A stretch of DNA of 64,000 bases from Candidatus Limnocylindrales bacterium (GCA_038251965.1 JBBSAV010000001.1:28627-92626); one strand, 5' to 3'. Positions 19,004 to 35,270 are shown, counted from the first letter of the stretch. Notes: a model not told the origin generated them from the sequence alone. Numbers and translations are program-made.

Positions 19004-19834
19004 CTAGTACTCACGGTGGTAGCCGCCGACCTCGTCGCGCACGACGCGACCATCCTCCAGCGCCACCACTCGGCGCCGCAGTGCCGTCACCACCTCAGCG
19101 TCGTGGGTGGCCATCATCACGGTCGTGCCCATCTCGTTGATACGCAGCAGCAACTGGATGATCTCCCAGGAGATGAGTGGGTCAAGGTTCCCGGTGGGCT
19201 CGTCGGCGATGATGAGGCGCGGGTCGTGGACCATGGCGCGGGCGATGGCCGTGCGTTGCTGCTCACCGCCCGACAGCTCGTTGGGGCGCTGGCGTGCCTG
19301 CTCGGTCAAGCCGACCAGCGCCAGCGCGCGCACGACGGCGGGATCCATCAGCTTGCGCGGCGTACCGGTGACTTCCAAAGCGAAGGCGACGTTCTCATAG
19401 ACCGTCTTTCGAGGCAGCAAGCGGAAGTCCTGGAAGACGATGCCGATGCGGCGCCGCAGCCTGGGAACGTCGCGCTTCTTCATGCGACCAAGGTCGTGGC
19501 CGGCGACCTCGACGCGGCCCTCACTGGCCTTCTCATCTCGAACCAGTAGCTTGATGAGCGTGGACTTGCCCGCGCCCGACGGGCCGACGAGGAAGATGAA
19601 GTCACCCTCGGGGATGACCAGATCGACCTCGATCAGGGCCTGTTTGCCGTTGGGGTAGGTCTTGGTGACGCCCTCGAGGCGCACCGAATCGTGCCTCTCG
19701 GGTGGAGGCAGCTGCTGGCCGGTGACAGGTGCTCCGGGCAGTACGGGTCCAGGCGCCGCTGGGGCTGGCGACTGGTCGGGCCGGGGTGAACCCCAAGGTG
19801 GCCCGGCGACGGCCCGGGAAACGGCGTCGCTCAT
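19004..19834 (-). CDS. ftsE: cell division ATP-binding protein FtsE (longest ORF carries ~50-aa Pro-rich N-terminal extension; true start may be internal)
   Basis: VRLEGVTKTYPNGKQAL, Walker A GPSGAGKST, ABC signature LSGGEQQR. Confidence 0.9.
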   Translation of the reverse strand: MSDAVSRAVAGPPWGSPRPDQSPAPAAPGPVLPGAPVTGQQLPPPERHDSVRLEGVTKTYPNGKQALIEVDLVIPEGDFIFLVGPSGAGKSTLIKLLVRDEKASEGRVEVAGHDLGRMKKRDVPRLRRRIGIVFQDFRLLPRKTVYENVAFALEVTGTPRKLMDPAVVRALALVGLTEQARQRPNELSGGEQQRTAIARAMVHDPRLIIADEPTGNLDPLISWEIIQLLLRINEMGTTVMMATHDAEVVTALRRRVVALEDGRVVRDEVGGYHREY

Positions 19835-19873
19835 CGGCTGCGGAGCGTAGCACGAAGTCGGAGCGCTACCCCT

Positions 19874-20707
19874 TCAGCGGCCCCCGAGCTCGGCCAGCAT
19901 GATGTCGTGCAAGCGCCCGTTGGTGGCAAGCACGCCGCGCGCCGGCATGTCGGTCCCGCCAGCAAGGTCGGTGACGCGCGCGCCGGCGTGTTGCAGCACC
20001 GCGAGCGGCCCGGCCAAGTCCCACAGCTTGAGCTCCGATTCGACCATCACCTCCGCCGCGCCCTCGGCCACGAGCATGTAGCCGTAGAAGTCGCCCAGGC
20101 CCCGATCGCGCCAGACCCTGCTCAGCAGCGGTCCGAAACCCGGTGCCAGACCCGATGTCACGATGCTGGGGTAGGACGAGTAGACGACCGACGCGGCATC
20201 GAGAGAGTCCACCGCCGACACTGAAAGCGACTTGGCCGAGCCGGGATCCCAGCCCCCCGGCGTCGTGTCGACTGCCCATGCTCCCCCACCCTGCCAGCTG
20301 AACCAGCGTCGGTGCAGGGCCGGTGCGCTGACCACGCCCAGCGCCATCTGGCCCTCGATCTCGAGCGCCAGCAGCGTGGCGAAGATGGGCACACCGCGCA
20401 TGTAGTTGTGCGTGCCGTCGATGGGATCGATGATCCAGCGGCGCCCGCCGTCCGAGAGTGCCTCGCCGTACTCTTCGCCGACCAGCCCGTGGTCGGGAAA
20501 GCGACTCGTGATGCGCTCGCGGACCGCACGCTCCACCGCCGTGTCGGCTTCGGTCACGAAGGAGGCGTCAGGCTTGGCCTCGACCTTGATGGCGCGGCGG
20601 AACGAGGCCAGTGAGATGGCATCAGCCACGTCACAGGCAGCGAGGGCCACCTCCACGGCGGCACCGATCTCGGTCCCAGGTTCGGGCAGGGTCAGGGTGG
20701 CGGTCAT
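19874..20707 (-). CDS. inositol monophosphatase family protein (HisN/ImpA-like)
   Basis: IMPase motifs WIIDPIDGT, EAD..VE. Confidence 0.75.
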   Translation of the reverse strand: MTATLTLPEPGTEIGAAVEVALAACDVADAISLASFRRAIKVEAKPDASFVTEADTAVERAVRERITSRFPDHGLVGEEYGEALSDGGRRWIIDPIDGTHNYMRGVPIFATLLALEIEGQMALGVVSAPALHRRWFSWQGGGAWAVDTTPGGWDPGSAKSLSVSAVDSLDAASVVYSSYPSIVTSGLAPGFGPLLSRVWRDRGLGDFYGYMLVAEGAAEVMVESELKLWDLAGPLAVLQHAGARVTDLAGGTDMPARGVLATNGRLHDIMLAELGGR

Positions 20708-20743
20708 CTTCTCTCCGGTGCGTGGTCGTGCGTCACAGCGTGG

Positions 20744-21688
20744 CTACAGCAGGGCATAGCTCATCGGAAGGTATCGCTCCAGATGTGGCCCCGGCCCCGA
20801 TGAGCAGTAGATGGCGGGTGCGCTGTCGATGCGCAGGCCGGCCGACAGCAATGGTCGGAGCACGCTGATGGCGTGTCCTGGCACCACCAGCTGGCGTCCC
20901 TCCAGCACCGGCGTGATATGCACCAGATAGCCCAGGAAGGTAGGCAGATAGCCCGGCTCCAGTGCGGCCACGGGTCCGATGCGGCCGCTGGGCTGCGCGT
21001 AGCCGTAGCCCAACACGCCGCCGGCATCGTCGAGGAACATCACGCCCTGGCGCTCCCGAGCCCAGAAGGCATGGTCCGCTGGACGTTCGTAGCCCATCAG
21101 GGCGCGGTCGAAGTCCGCGAGCGATGCAGGGGCGACGGGTCGGCGCGCGATCCCGGCCGGTAGCCCAGGCAGGGACGTGTCGGGCAGCAGGCCGCGAAGC
21201 AGGTACAGCGGCGTCCGTGGTGCCATGCCCATCGAGGCGTAGAGGCCAGTAGAGACCGGCTGGTCGGCCTCGGCACAGGTGGACATCCGATCGATCCCAC
21301 GGCACGCCCGCAGGCAGGCATCCACGACCGCGCGGCCGACCCTGCGGCCCTGCCAGCCCGGTTCCACGAAGAGGAACGAGAGGAAAGCGCTGCCCCCGCG
21401 CTGCATGACGATACCGAAGGCAACGATGCGGCCATGGTCGTCGGCCACATAGGCGCTGCCTGGGTCGGTCGAGAGGAGGTGCCCGAAATGCATCTCCAGA
21501 GGCGCGGCGTTGCGGGGCTGGAGGGGCCGACCACGGCGCCCATCGAGGTCCTCCATGGCGCTGAAGAAGACCTGCAGCAGGGCCGGGATGTCCGCGACGG
21601 TCGCGACCCGGAGCTCAGGCAGTGCCACCCTCCCGTTGGGTGGCGACGCGCTCCAGCTCCGCCACCATGAAGGCGTCGAGGTCGCCAT
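20744..21688 (-). CDS. GNAT family N-acetyltransferase (two-domain); start uncertain because longest ORF overlaps prfB 3' end by 74 nt
   Basis: Acetyl-CoA fold motif FVEPGWQGRRVGRAVVDACL. Confidence 0.7.
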   Translation of the reverse strand: MATSTPSWWRSWSASPPNGRVALPELRVATVADIPALLQVFFSAMEDLDGRRGRPLQPRNAAPLEMHFGHLLSTDPGSAYVADDHGRIVAFGIVMQRGGSAFLSFLFVEPGWQGRRVGRAVVDACLRACRGIDRMSTCAEADQPVSTGLYASMGMAPRTPLYLLRGLLPDTSLPGLPAGIARRPVAPASLADFDRALMGYERPADHAFWARERQGVMFLDDAGGVLGYGYAQPSGRIGPVAALEPGYLPTFLGYLVHITPVLEGRQLVVPGHAISVLRPLLSAGLRIDSAPAIYCSSGPGPHLERYLPMSYALL

Positions 21689-22728
21689 CGAGGACGGCGC
21701 TGGTGTTGCCCGTCTCGTGGTCGGTGCGGTGGTCCTTGACCATCTGATAGGGATGCAGCACGTAGGAGCGGATCTGGTTGCCCCAACCGGCGTCCTTGTG
21801 CTCCCCTTTCAGCTCGCGGATCTCCGCTTCGCGCTCCTCGATGCGTCGTTCCAGGAGGCGCGCCAGCAGGATCTTCATGGCCGCCTCGCGGTTCTGGTGC
21901 TGCGAGCGCTCGTTTTGGCTCTGGGCCACGATGCCGGTGGGCAGGTGCGTCAGGCGCACGGCCGAATCGGTCTTGTTGACGTGCTGGCCGCCGGCCCCCT
22001 GGGCGCGGTAGGTATCGACCTTGAGGTCGTCAGCCGGGATCTCCTCGATCTCCGATGCCTCCGCCACCTCCGGCAGCACCTCTACCTGTACGAAGGTGGT
22101 ATGGCGCCGGCTCTGCGAATCGTAGGGGCTGATGCGGACCAGGCGGTGTACGCCGACCTCCGCACGCAGCCAGCCATAGGCGCGCCTGCCCTGGACTGAC
22201 ACAGTGGCGCTCTTGATGCCCGTCTCCTCGCCTTCGAGCCGGTCCACGATCTCGGTCTTGAAGCCGCGGCGTTCGCACCAGCGTAAGTACATGCGCAGCA
22301 GCATCTCAGCCCAGTCGGTGGCTTCGGTGCCGCCGGCGCCGGCGCTGATGCTGATGAAGGCGTCTGAGTCGTCGTAGTCGCCGCTGAAGAGCAGGCTCGT
22401 ACGCATGCGCTCGTAGTCGGCCACCAGGGAGGTGTATTCCACCTCGACACCCGCATCCAGCTCGGGGTCCGCGGCGTCGGCGGCCATCTCGGAGAGCTCG
22501 GCCAGGTCGTCAGCGCGCGCCAGCAGCTCGTTCCAGGCAGTCACTTCCTCGCGCAAGCCATCGGCCGCGCGCAGCACACGCTTGGCCTCGCGGGAGTCGT
22601 TCCAGAAGTCAGGCGCAGAGGCAAGCTGGTCGAACTCGCTCAGCTCCTCAGCCTTGCCGACGAGGTCAAAGACGCCCCGACGTCGCGTGGACGCGGGACA
22701 CGAGATCACGAATCAGCGTGTGGTCCAT
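21615..22728 (-). CDS. prfB: peptide chain release factor 2 with programmed +1 frameshift
   Basis: Frame-0 N-terminus MDHTLIRDLVSRVHATSGRL ends at CGU CUU UGA C (TGA at 22666-22668), preceded by GGGG. The +1 frame continues DLVGKAEELSEF..., SPYDSQSRRHTT, GGQ motif. Confidence 0.85.
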
Positions 22729-22755
22729 CGTTGGTCAGGGTCTTCGCGGCGGTTT

Positions 22756-23004
22756 CTAGCGTCGAGAGCGCAGGTCCTGCAGGAGCAGGGGGCGCAGCTC
22801 GATGATCTTGAGTGCGGTCTTGCTACGAGCGACCACGGGGTTCACGCACGGGCAATAGCCATTGTGTACGCACTCACCGCAGTTGCCATCGCAGTCTAGC
22901 CAAGCGGCATAGCTGCAGTTCCTGCAGTCACGCTCGCAGGCGATCAGGTCGGTGAACGACTGATCTCCGATCTCGGCCTCGGGCTCAACCGAAAACGGCT
23001 TCAC
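22756..23004 (-). CDS. hypothetical Cys-rich small protein (82 aa; 8 Cys in two CxxxCxxC units)
   Basis: GTG start preceded by GGGAGAGGGA SD-like element 6-9 nt upstream. GC3 about 78% by hand count. Cys pattern CERDCRNC...CDGNCGEC...CPC. No family recognised. Confidence 0.4.
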   Translation of the reverse strand: MKPFSVEPEAEIGDQSFTDLIACERDCRNCSYAAWLDCDGNCGECVHNGYCPCVNPVVARSKTALKIIELRPLLLQDLRSRR

Positions 23005-23179
23005 TGGTATCCCTCTCCCTCATCGGTCCGTTAGCCAGGGCACGTTCCTTGCAACGGCCGCATATGGACGACGCCGGCGGGTGGCCGCCGGCGTTTCGAC
23101 CCAGTGTACAAAAGGACCCCCCCAAAGCACAAGGGGTCGGTGAAGATTCGTGAACATCACCTTCATGGGTTGCGCCCTC

Positions 23180-23213
23180 GGGGCCTACCGGATGCGACCG
23201 CGGGGCCTACCGG
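23180..23213 (+). repeat. 12-bp direct repeat GGGGCCTACCGG x2 (22-bp spacing) immediately upstream of secA start
   Basis: Copies at 23180-23191 and 23202-23213, framed by the inverted CTCGGG...CCCGAG. A GC hairpin CGCCGGCGGgtggCCGCCGGCG lies at 23078-23099. Confidence 0.35.
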
Positions 23214-23239
23214 TCCCGAGCCCTATACTTCGTGAACTC

Positions 23240-26200
23240 ATGCGTAGATTCATCTCCCACCTCACCGGCACGTCCGAAATATCCAACCTCAGGCCGCTGC
23301 AGCCGCTGGTTGACCGGATCAACGAGTTGGAGTCGCACTACGCGGCGCTCAGTGACGACCAGATCCGGGCGGAGATGTCTGAGGTGCGCGACGAGGTGCG
23401 CGAGGCAGCACCCGCCACCGAGCCTTCTGACGAGGAGTCGCACACCACTGACAGCGAGCGCCGTGGCGAGCTGCGCCGGACACGTGAGAGGGCCGACTCG
23501 AAGCGGATGCAGGCCGCGCTCGACGAAGTGTTGCCTGATGTCTTCGCCGCTGCCCGCGAGGTCAGCCGGCGCGAGCTCGCGATGCGCCCCTTCGACGTCC
23601 AGTTGCTGGGTGCCATCGCGCTCCACCAGGGCAAGATCGCGGAGATGAAGACGGGCGAGGGCAAGACCCTCGCGGCGCCGCTGGCAGCCGCGCTCAACGC
23701 CATGTCCGGCTGGGGCGTGCACATCGTCACGGTCAACGACTACCTCGCCAAGCGCGACCCGCAGTGGATGGGCCCCATCTTCCGTGGCCTGGGTCTCTCG
23801 GTCGGCATCGTGCAGCACGAGTCGTCCTTCATCTACGACCCGGACTTCCCCACCAAGGACGAGAAGCTGCTGCACCTGCGTCCGGTCGAGCGCCGCGACG
23901 CCTACGCGGCAGATGTCACCTATGCCACCAACAACGAGCTCGGCTTCGACTACCTGCGCGACAACATGGTCCAGGAGCTCGCGGAGCGGGTCCAGCGCAA
24001 GCGCTACTTCGGCATCATCGACGAGGTCGACAACATCCTTATCGATGAAGCCCGTACCCCGCTGATCATCAGTGGCAATGCCGGCGAATCGGGTGACATG
24101 TACAAGGTCTTCGCTCGGCTGGTCCCCCGTCTGGAGGCCCGTCCCGACGGCGCCGAGGAGGGTGGCGACTATTTCGTGGACCTCAAGGAGCACGCCGTCT
24201 CGGCCACCGAGGATGGTGTCGCCAAGATCGAGAGCCTGCTGGGCATCCGCGACCTCTACGGCGTCGAGACCGACCCGCGACTGCCGCGCCACTTCGAGCA
24301 GTCGCTGCGCGCACATGCGCTCTACAAGCGCGACCGCGACTACATCGTCAAGGATGACGAGATCGTCATCGTCGACGAGTTCACCGGCCGCCAGATGCCC
24401 GGCCGCCGCTGGTCGGAGGGCCTGCACCAGGCTATCGAGGCCAAGGAGGGCGTGCGCGTCCAGCGCGAGTCCATGACCATGGCCACGGTCACCTTCCAGA
24501 ACTACTTCCGACTCTACGACAAGCTCGCCGGCATGACCGGTACCGCCATGACCGAGCGGGAGGAGTTCTACAAGATCTACGGGCTTGATGTGATGGCCAT
24601 CCCCACGCATCTGCCCATGATCCGCGATGACTTCGCCGACCTCGTCTTCCGCGATGAAGAGGCCAAGTTCAATGCTGTCATCGAGGAGATCGTGGAAAAG
24701 CAGGTGGAGGGCCGGCCCGTCCTCGTCGGCACCACCTCGGTGGAGAAGAGCGAGCAGCTGTCGACCACGCTGAATCGCCGTGGCGTCAAGCATGAGACCC
24801 TCAACGCCAAGTTCCACGAGAAGGAAGCGCCCATCGTGGCGCAGGCTGGCCGCAGTGGTGCGGTGACCATCGCCACCAACATGGCCGGCCGCGGCACGGA
24901 CATCAAGCTCGGTGGTGATCCCGCCGGCCTGGCCAGCCAGAAGCTGCACCACCGTGGGCTCAACCCCGCTGAGGTCGAGCCGGAGGTCTATCAGGCCACC
25001 TACGACGAGTCCAAGACCGAATGCGACGAGGACCACGTGCGCGTGGTGGCCGCGGGCGGCCTGCACATCATCGGCACCGAGCGCCACGACGCCCGCCGCA
25101 TCGACAATCAGCTGCGCGGTCGCTCGGGCCGGCAGGGTGATCCCGGTTCGTCACGCTACTTCCTCTCCCTCGAAGACCCGCTGCTGAAGCGTTTCGCCAA
25201 CGATCGCGTCACCGCGTTGATGGAGAAGATGGGCCTTGAGGGTGACGTCGCCATCGAGTCGCGCATGGTCTCCAAGACCGTCGAGAACGCCCAGTCCCGC
25301 GTCGAGGGCTACAACTTTGACATGCGCAAGCGCATCGTCGAGTACGACGATGTCATCAACAAGCAGCGCGAGCGCATCTACGAGGAGCGTGACAAGGTTC
25401 TCAACAACGAGGACCTCAGCGAAACGGTGCTGGCCTTCGTCGATGCTGAGCTCGACGGCATCATCGCCGCCCACCTTGGCGAGGTGGAGGCCGACTGGGA
25501 CCTCGAGGGCCTCTCGGAATCGCTCGGTGCGCTCGGCCTCGACGGTGACGAATTCTCTGCCGACGCACTCGATGAGTTCGATCACCGCGAGGAGATCATC
25601 GAGTACCTCTCCGACCAGGTGGCCGTGCGCCTCGATCAACGCGAAGGGGAGTACGGCGCGGAGACCTGGGCGCTCGTCGAGCGCGCCGTGTTGCTACGCG
25701 CCATCGACACGCTGTGGGTGGAGCACCTGACGGAGCTGGAGGACTTCCGCAAGGGCGTGGGTCTGCGCGGCTACGGTGGCCGCGATCCGCTCGTGGAGTT
25801 CAAGCGCGAGGCTTTCAGCCTGTACGACGAGCTGCGCGGCTTCATCCGCCACCAGGTGGCGTCAACCATCTTCCGGGTCAGCGTGCAGCAGCGTGAGGCG
25901 GTCCCGGCACAAGAGCCGACGACCATGCCCACGCTCTCGCCGGAGCAGCTAGCCAAGCTCAAGGCCGGCAACGGCGCAGGCGCCCAGCCTGCCTCACCCG
26001 CCGCCGGTCGCTCTCCCGGCACCATCACCCCGCCCGTCTCATCGGGCGGTAGTGCCACCGCCACCAGCGGGGCATCGGTCACCACCCAGCTGCTGCCGGG
26101 CCTCACCTCGCAGGCAGCGCAGAACATGCAGCTGCGCAAGGGTGAGGAGGCAATCGACTCGGGCAGCGCCCGCTCCGCCAGCCAGTCACCAGACGGCGAG

Positions 26201-26272
26201 AAGATCGGTCGTAATGATCCCTGTTGGTGCGGTTCGGGCAACAAGTTCAAGCGCTGCCACGGCGCCGCCTAG
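23240..26272 (+). CDS. secA: preprotein translocase ATPase SecA (with low-complexity linker before C-terminal zinc finger)
   Basis: DEAD-like motor motifs. C-terminal zinc finger DPCWCGSGNKFKRCHG. Start trimmed to MRRFISHL; the longest ORF starts at 23150. Confidence 0.95.
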   Translation: MRRFISHLTGTSEISNLRPLQPLVDRINELESHYAALSDDQIRAEMSEVRDEVREAAPATEPSDEESHTTDSERRGELRRTRERADSKRMQAALDEVLPDVFAAAREVSRRELAMRPFDVQLLGAIALHQGKIAEMKTGEGKTLAAPLAAALNAMSGWGVHIVTVNDYLAKRDPQWMGPIFRGLGLSVGIVQHESSFIYDPDFPTKDEKLLHLRPVERRDAYAADVTYATNNELGFDYLRDNMVQELAERVQRKRYFGIIDEVDNILIDEARTPLIISGNAGESGDMYKVFARLVPRLEARPDGAEEGGDYFVDLKEHAVSATEDGVAKIESLLGIRDLYGVETDPRLPRHFEQSLRAHALYKRDRDYIVKDDEIVIVDEFTGRQMPGRRWSEGLHQAIEAKEGVRVQRESMTMATVTFQNYFRLYDKLAGMTGTAMTEREEFYKIYGLDVMAIPTHLPMIRDDFADLVFRDEEAKFNAVIEEIVEKQVEGRPVLVGTTSVEKSEQLSTTLNRRGVKHETLNAKFHEKEAPIVAQAGRSGAVTIATNMAGRGTDIKLGGDPAGLASQKLHHRGLNPAEVEPEVYQATYDESKTECDEDHVRVVAAGGLHIIGTERHDARRIDNQLRGRSGRQGDPGSSRYFLSLEDPLLKRFANDRVTALMEKMGLEGDVAIESRMVSKTVENAQSRVEGYNFDMRKRIVEYDDVINKQRERIYEERDKVLNNEDLSETVLAFVDAELDGIIAAHLGEVEADWDLEGLSESLGALGLDGDEFSADALDEFDHREEIIEYLSDQVAVRLDQREGEYGAETWALVERAVLLRAIDTLWVEHLTELEDFRKGVGLRGYGGRDPLVEFKREAFSLYDELRGFIRHQVASTIFRVSVQQREAVPAQEPTTMPTLSPEQLAKLKAGNGAGAQPASPAAGRSPGTITPPVSSGGSATATSGASVTTQLLPGLTSQAAQNMQLRKGEEAIDSGSARSASQSPDGEKIGRNDPCWCGSGNKFKRCHGAA

Positions 26273-26303
26273 CCGCGACCCCGCTACGGCATCATGGCGC
26301 TCC

Positions 26304-26570
26304 CTACCCGGGCAGGCTCCAGAGGCCGCTGCCGTAGCCGGCGACGAGGACGATCAGCGTGATGGCGGCGAGTGCCACGATCGCCAGAACCGCGATGCGG
26401 GGGTCGGTCTTCTCGACCTCCGGGTTCTCAAGCGGGGCGGCGTTCCAGCGGCGTGACCGCAGGCCATCGCGGTAGTCGCCGTCCGTCTCGGTGACGGCCG
26501 GAAGGCTGCCCTCTGACGACGGCTGGACCATCGCCTCGCTCTCCATCTCGCTACCGGCCTGCTTGCTCAT
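26304..26570 (-). CDS. hypothetical small membrane protein (C-terminal TM helix)
   Basis: ATGA overlap with the prs stop; TM helix IAVLAIVALAAITLIVLVAGY. Confidence 0.45.
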   Translation of the reverse strand: MSKQAGSEMESEAMVQPSSEGSLPAVTETDGDYRDGLRSRRWNAAPLENPEVEKTDPRIAVLAIVALAAITLIVLVAGYGSGLWSLPG

Positions 26571-27617
26571 CCTTCGTCCTCATCCTCGCCCCACAGCAGC
26601 ATCGCCTGAGTGCGATGGATCTCCGACGAGAATAGCGCCCCCACCGACTCACCCCGATGGATGCGCGTGATGGCTTCACCGATGAGCGGTGCCACCGAGA
26701 GTACCTTGAGCTTGTCGAGTCGCTGTTTGGCCGGCTGCGGGATGGTGTCGGTGATGACCACCTCTTGCAGGGCTGACTCGCGGATTCGATCGATGGCTGG
26801 GTCGGACAGCACGCCGTGCGTGGCGCAGCCGTAGATCTCCAGGGCGCCCTCGCGCTCCAGCGCCTTGCTCGTCTCGATGATGGTGCCGCCGGTGTCGATC
26901 TCGTCATCCACGATGATGGCGCGTTTGCCGCGCACGTCGCCGATGACGTTCACCACCTGCGCACGGTCGTCGTTGCCCTCGCGCCGCTTCTCGATGATGG
27001 CCATCGGCGCCCCCACCAGCTCGGCGAACGTGCGGGCGCGCTTGGCGAAACCGAGGTCCGTGACCACCACGATGTTCTGGAGTTCCTTCTGCTTCCAGTA
27101 GTTCGACAGCAGGTGCGTGGCAGTGAGCTCATCGACGGGGATGTTGAAGAAGCCCTGGATCTGGCCCTGGTGGAGGTCCATGGTCAGTAGTCGGTCGGCC
27201 CCGGCCACGCTGATCATGTCGGCGATGAGGCGCGCCGTGATAGGCACCCTGGGCTGATCCTTCTTGTCCGAGCGGCCGTAGGAGTAGTACGGCACCACCG
27301 CGGTGATGCGCCCGGCGCTGGCACGCTTGAAGGCGTCGATCATGATGAGCAGCTCCATGATCGACTTCTGCACCGGCTTGCAGGTGGGCTGGATCAGGAA
27401 GATGTCCTTCTCGCGGACGTTGTCGACGATGCGCACGAAGATGTTCTCGTTGGCGAACTCGAACACCTCTGAGCGTCCCAGGTCCACGTCCAGATAGCGT
27501 CCGATCTTACGCGCCAGCTTGGGGTTGGCGTTGCCGCAATAGAGGCCCAAGGCCTCGTTGGGCCGCTTCTCCTCCGTGTCGCCGAAGGCCGTCACACCCC
27601 GGCTCCCGCCTGATCCG

Positions 27618-27640
<23 letters not shown>
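26567..27640 (-). CDS. prs: ribose-phosphate pyrophosphokinase
   Basis: [12 protein letters not shown]..., PRPP-binding loop [10 protein letters not shown]. Start uncertain: candidates are ATG 27640/27637 or GTG 27595. The longest ORF to 27757 overlaps gyrA. Confidence 0.9.
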
Positions 27641-34012
<6,372 letters not shown>

Positions 34013-34014
34013 GT

Positions 34015-34857
34015 TCAGCCTCCCTCCCCTTGCTGGTCCACGCGCGGACCGTGGTACCGACCTTGTGCTCCTCTTAATGACTCCCCAGCCTCCTGTCCGC
34101 TCCGTTGCAGCAGTTCCTCCGCAACGGCCTGATACGCGAGGGCACCGCGTGAGCCGGGGCTGTACGCTGCGATCGACTGGCCATAGCTTGGCGCCTCGGC
34201 GAGGCGCACACTCCTTGGCACCACCGTATCGAAGACCTGTTGGCCTAGGTGCCGGCGCACTTCGGCCGTGACATCAGCCGCCAGGCTGGTCCGTCCATCA
34301 TGCATGGTGAGCACCACGCCCTTCAACGTCAGGCGTGGGTTCAGGTGGTCGCGGATGAGTTCCACCGTGGCCATGAGCTGCCCCAGTCCCTCGAGTGCGT
34401 AGTACTCACACTGCAGGGGGATCAACACGCCGTCAGCCGCGGTGAGCGCATTCACGGTGAGCAGCCCAAGTGACGGCGGACAGTCCAGGAGCACGAAGTC
34501 GTAGGCATCCCCGGGTCCGTTCAACGCCTGCTTCAAGCGTCGCTCGCGACCGGCGCTGGGCACCAGCTCCACCTCAGCACCTGCCAGGCCGCGGTGCGAC
34601 GGCAGGACGTCAAGGTGATCGATGTCGGTGGGTGTGACCGCCTCTCCGAGGCTGGTTTCTCCAAGGAGAACGTCGTAGACGGAGACTTGCAACGCTTCCT
34701 TGTCGATGCCGAGGCCACTCGTCGCATTGCCTTGCGGGTCCATGTCGACCAGCAGGACGCGCTTCCCGTCCAACGCCAAGTACGCAGCCAAGCTGACCAC
34801 GGTCGTGGTCTTCCCGACTCCGCCCTTCTGGTTGGCACAGGCGATGATCTCGCCCAC
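34015..34857 (-). CDS. parA: chromosome partitioning ATPase ParA/Soj (with ~30-aa C-terminal tail)
   Basis: Deviant Walker A KGGVGKTTT. Confidence 0.9.
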   Translation of the reverse strand: MGEIIACANQKGGVGKTTTVVSLAAYLALDGKRVLLVDMDPQGNATSGLGIDKEALQVSVYDVLLGETSLGEAVTPTDIDHLDVLPSHRGLAGAEVELVPSAGRERRLKQALNGPGDAYDFVLLDCPPSLGLLTVNALTAADGVLIPLQCEYYALEGLGQLMATVELIRDHLNPRLTLKGVVLTMHDGRTSLAADVTAEVRRHLGQQVFDTVVPRSVRLAEAPSYGQSIAAYSPGSRGALAYQAVAEELLQRSGQEAGESLRGAQGRYHGPRVDQQGEGG

Positions 34858-34927
34858 TTAGGCTCCGCGCCGATGGCTACACACTAGGGCGATTCTACCT
34901 TGGGGCGGCGGACGGTGCTTCGATGCA

Positions 34928-35086
34928 CCACGTTATCCACGCATCGGCGGAGGTCGGTCACTCCGCTCCCACGGGCGAGAGGCGCTGCCGCCACGTTCAG
35001 CACACCCTCCTTGGGGTCGTCCTGGATCATGCGCGGTCCGCTTTCACGCGGCCGGTATTCGCACTTATCAGCACGTTGTCCACACG
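34928..35086. promoter_or_regulatory. two DnaA-box-like sites sharing an extended motif CACGTTRTCCACRC
   Basis: TTATCCACG at 34933-34941 and TTGTCCACA (actinobacterial consensus) at 35076-35084; the two copies share the same flanks. Confidence 0.45.
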
Positions 35087-35142
35087 CTTATGTCTTCGAC
35101 CGTGCTTTCACGGGCAGACGGCTCGCGCCAACCAGCATACGG

Positions 35143-35158
35143 TGTTTCACGTGGAACA
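35143..35158. promoter_or_regulatory. parS: parS centromere site
   Basis: TGTTTCACGTGGAACA is a perfect 16-bp palindrome; its reverse complement is the canonical TGTTCCACGTGAAACA. Confidence 0.8.
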
Positions 35159-35270
35159 TCGACCCGTTGCAGACGATCACGGCCAAGTCTCGTCGGTGCC
35201 CTCGGTGGCGGTGTCCCGCTGCGGGGCAGGGGAGAGGGTCGGCGGTCGCAACACGACATGACCGCGGTAA

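Noticed and set aside
22756-23004. Possibility that the Cys-rich ORF is the frame-0 N-terminus of RF2
   Set aside because: It ends in TAG without a CUU UGA C motif. The genuine RF2 leader (MDHTLIRDLVSRVHATSGRL plus CUUUGAC) was found downstream at 22669-22728, so it is kept as an independent candidate gene.
23207-25087. 626-aa minus-strand ORF
   Set aside because: Antisense to secA. Its composition is the Gly/Arg/Asp/Val-rich mirror of a high-GC gene, with no domain motifs.
26551-26907. 118-aa minus-strand ORF inside prs
   Set aside because: Alternate frame of prs with Arg/Ser/Pro-rich composition.
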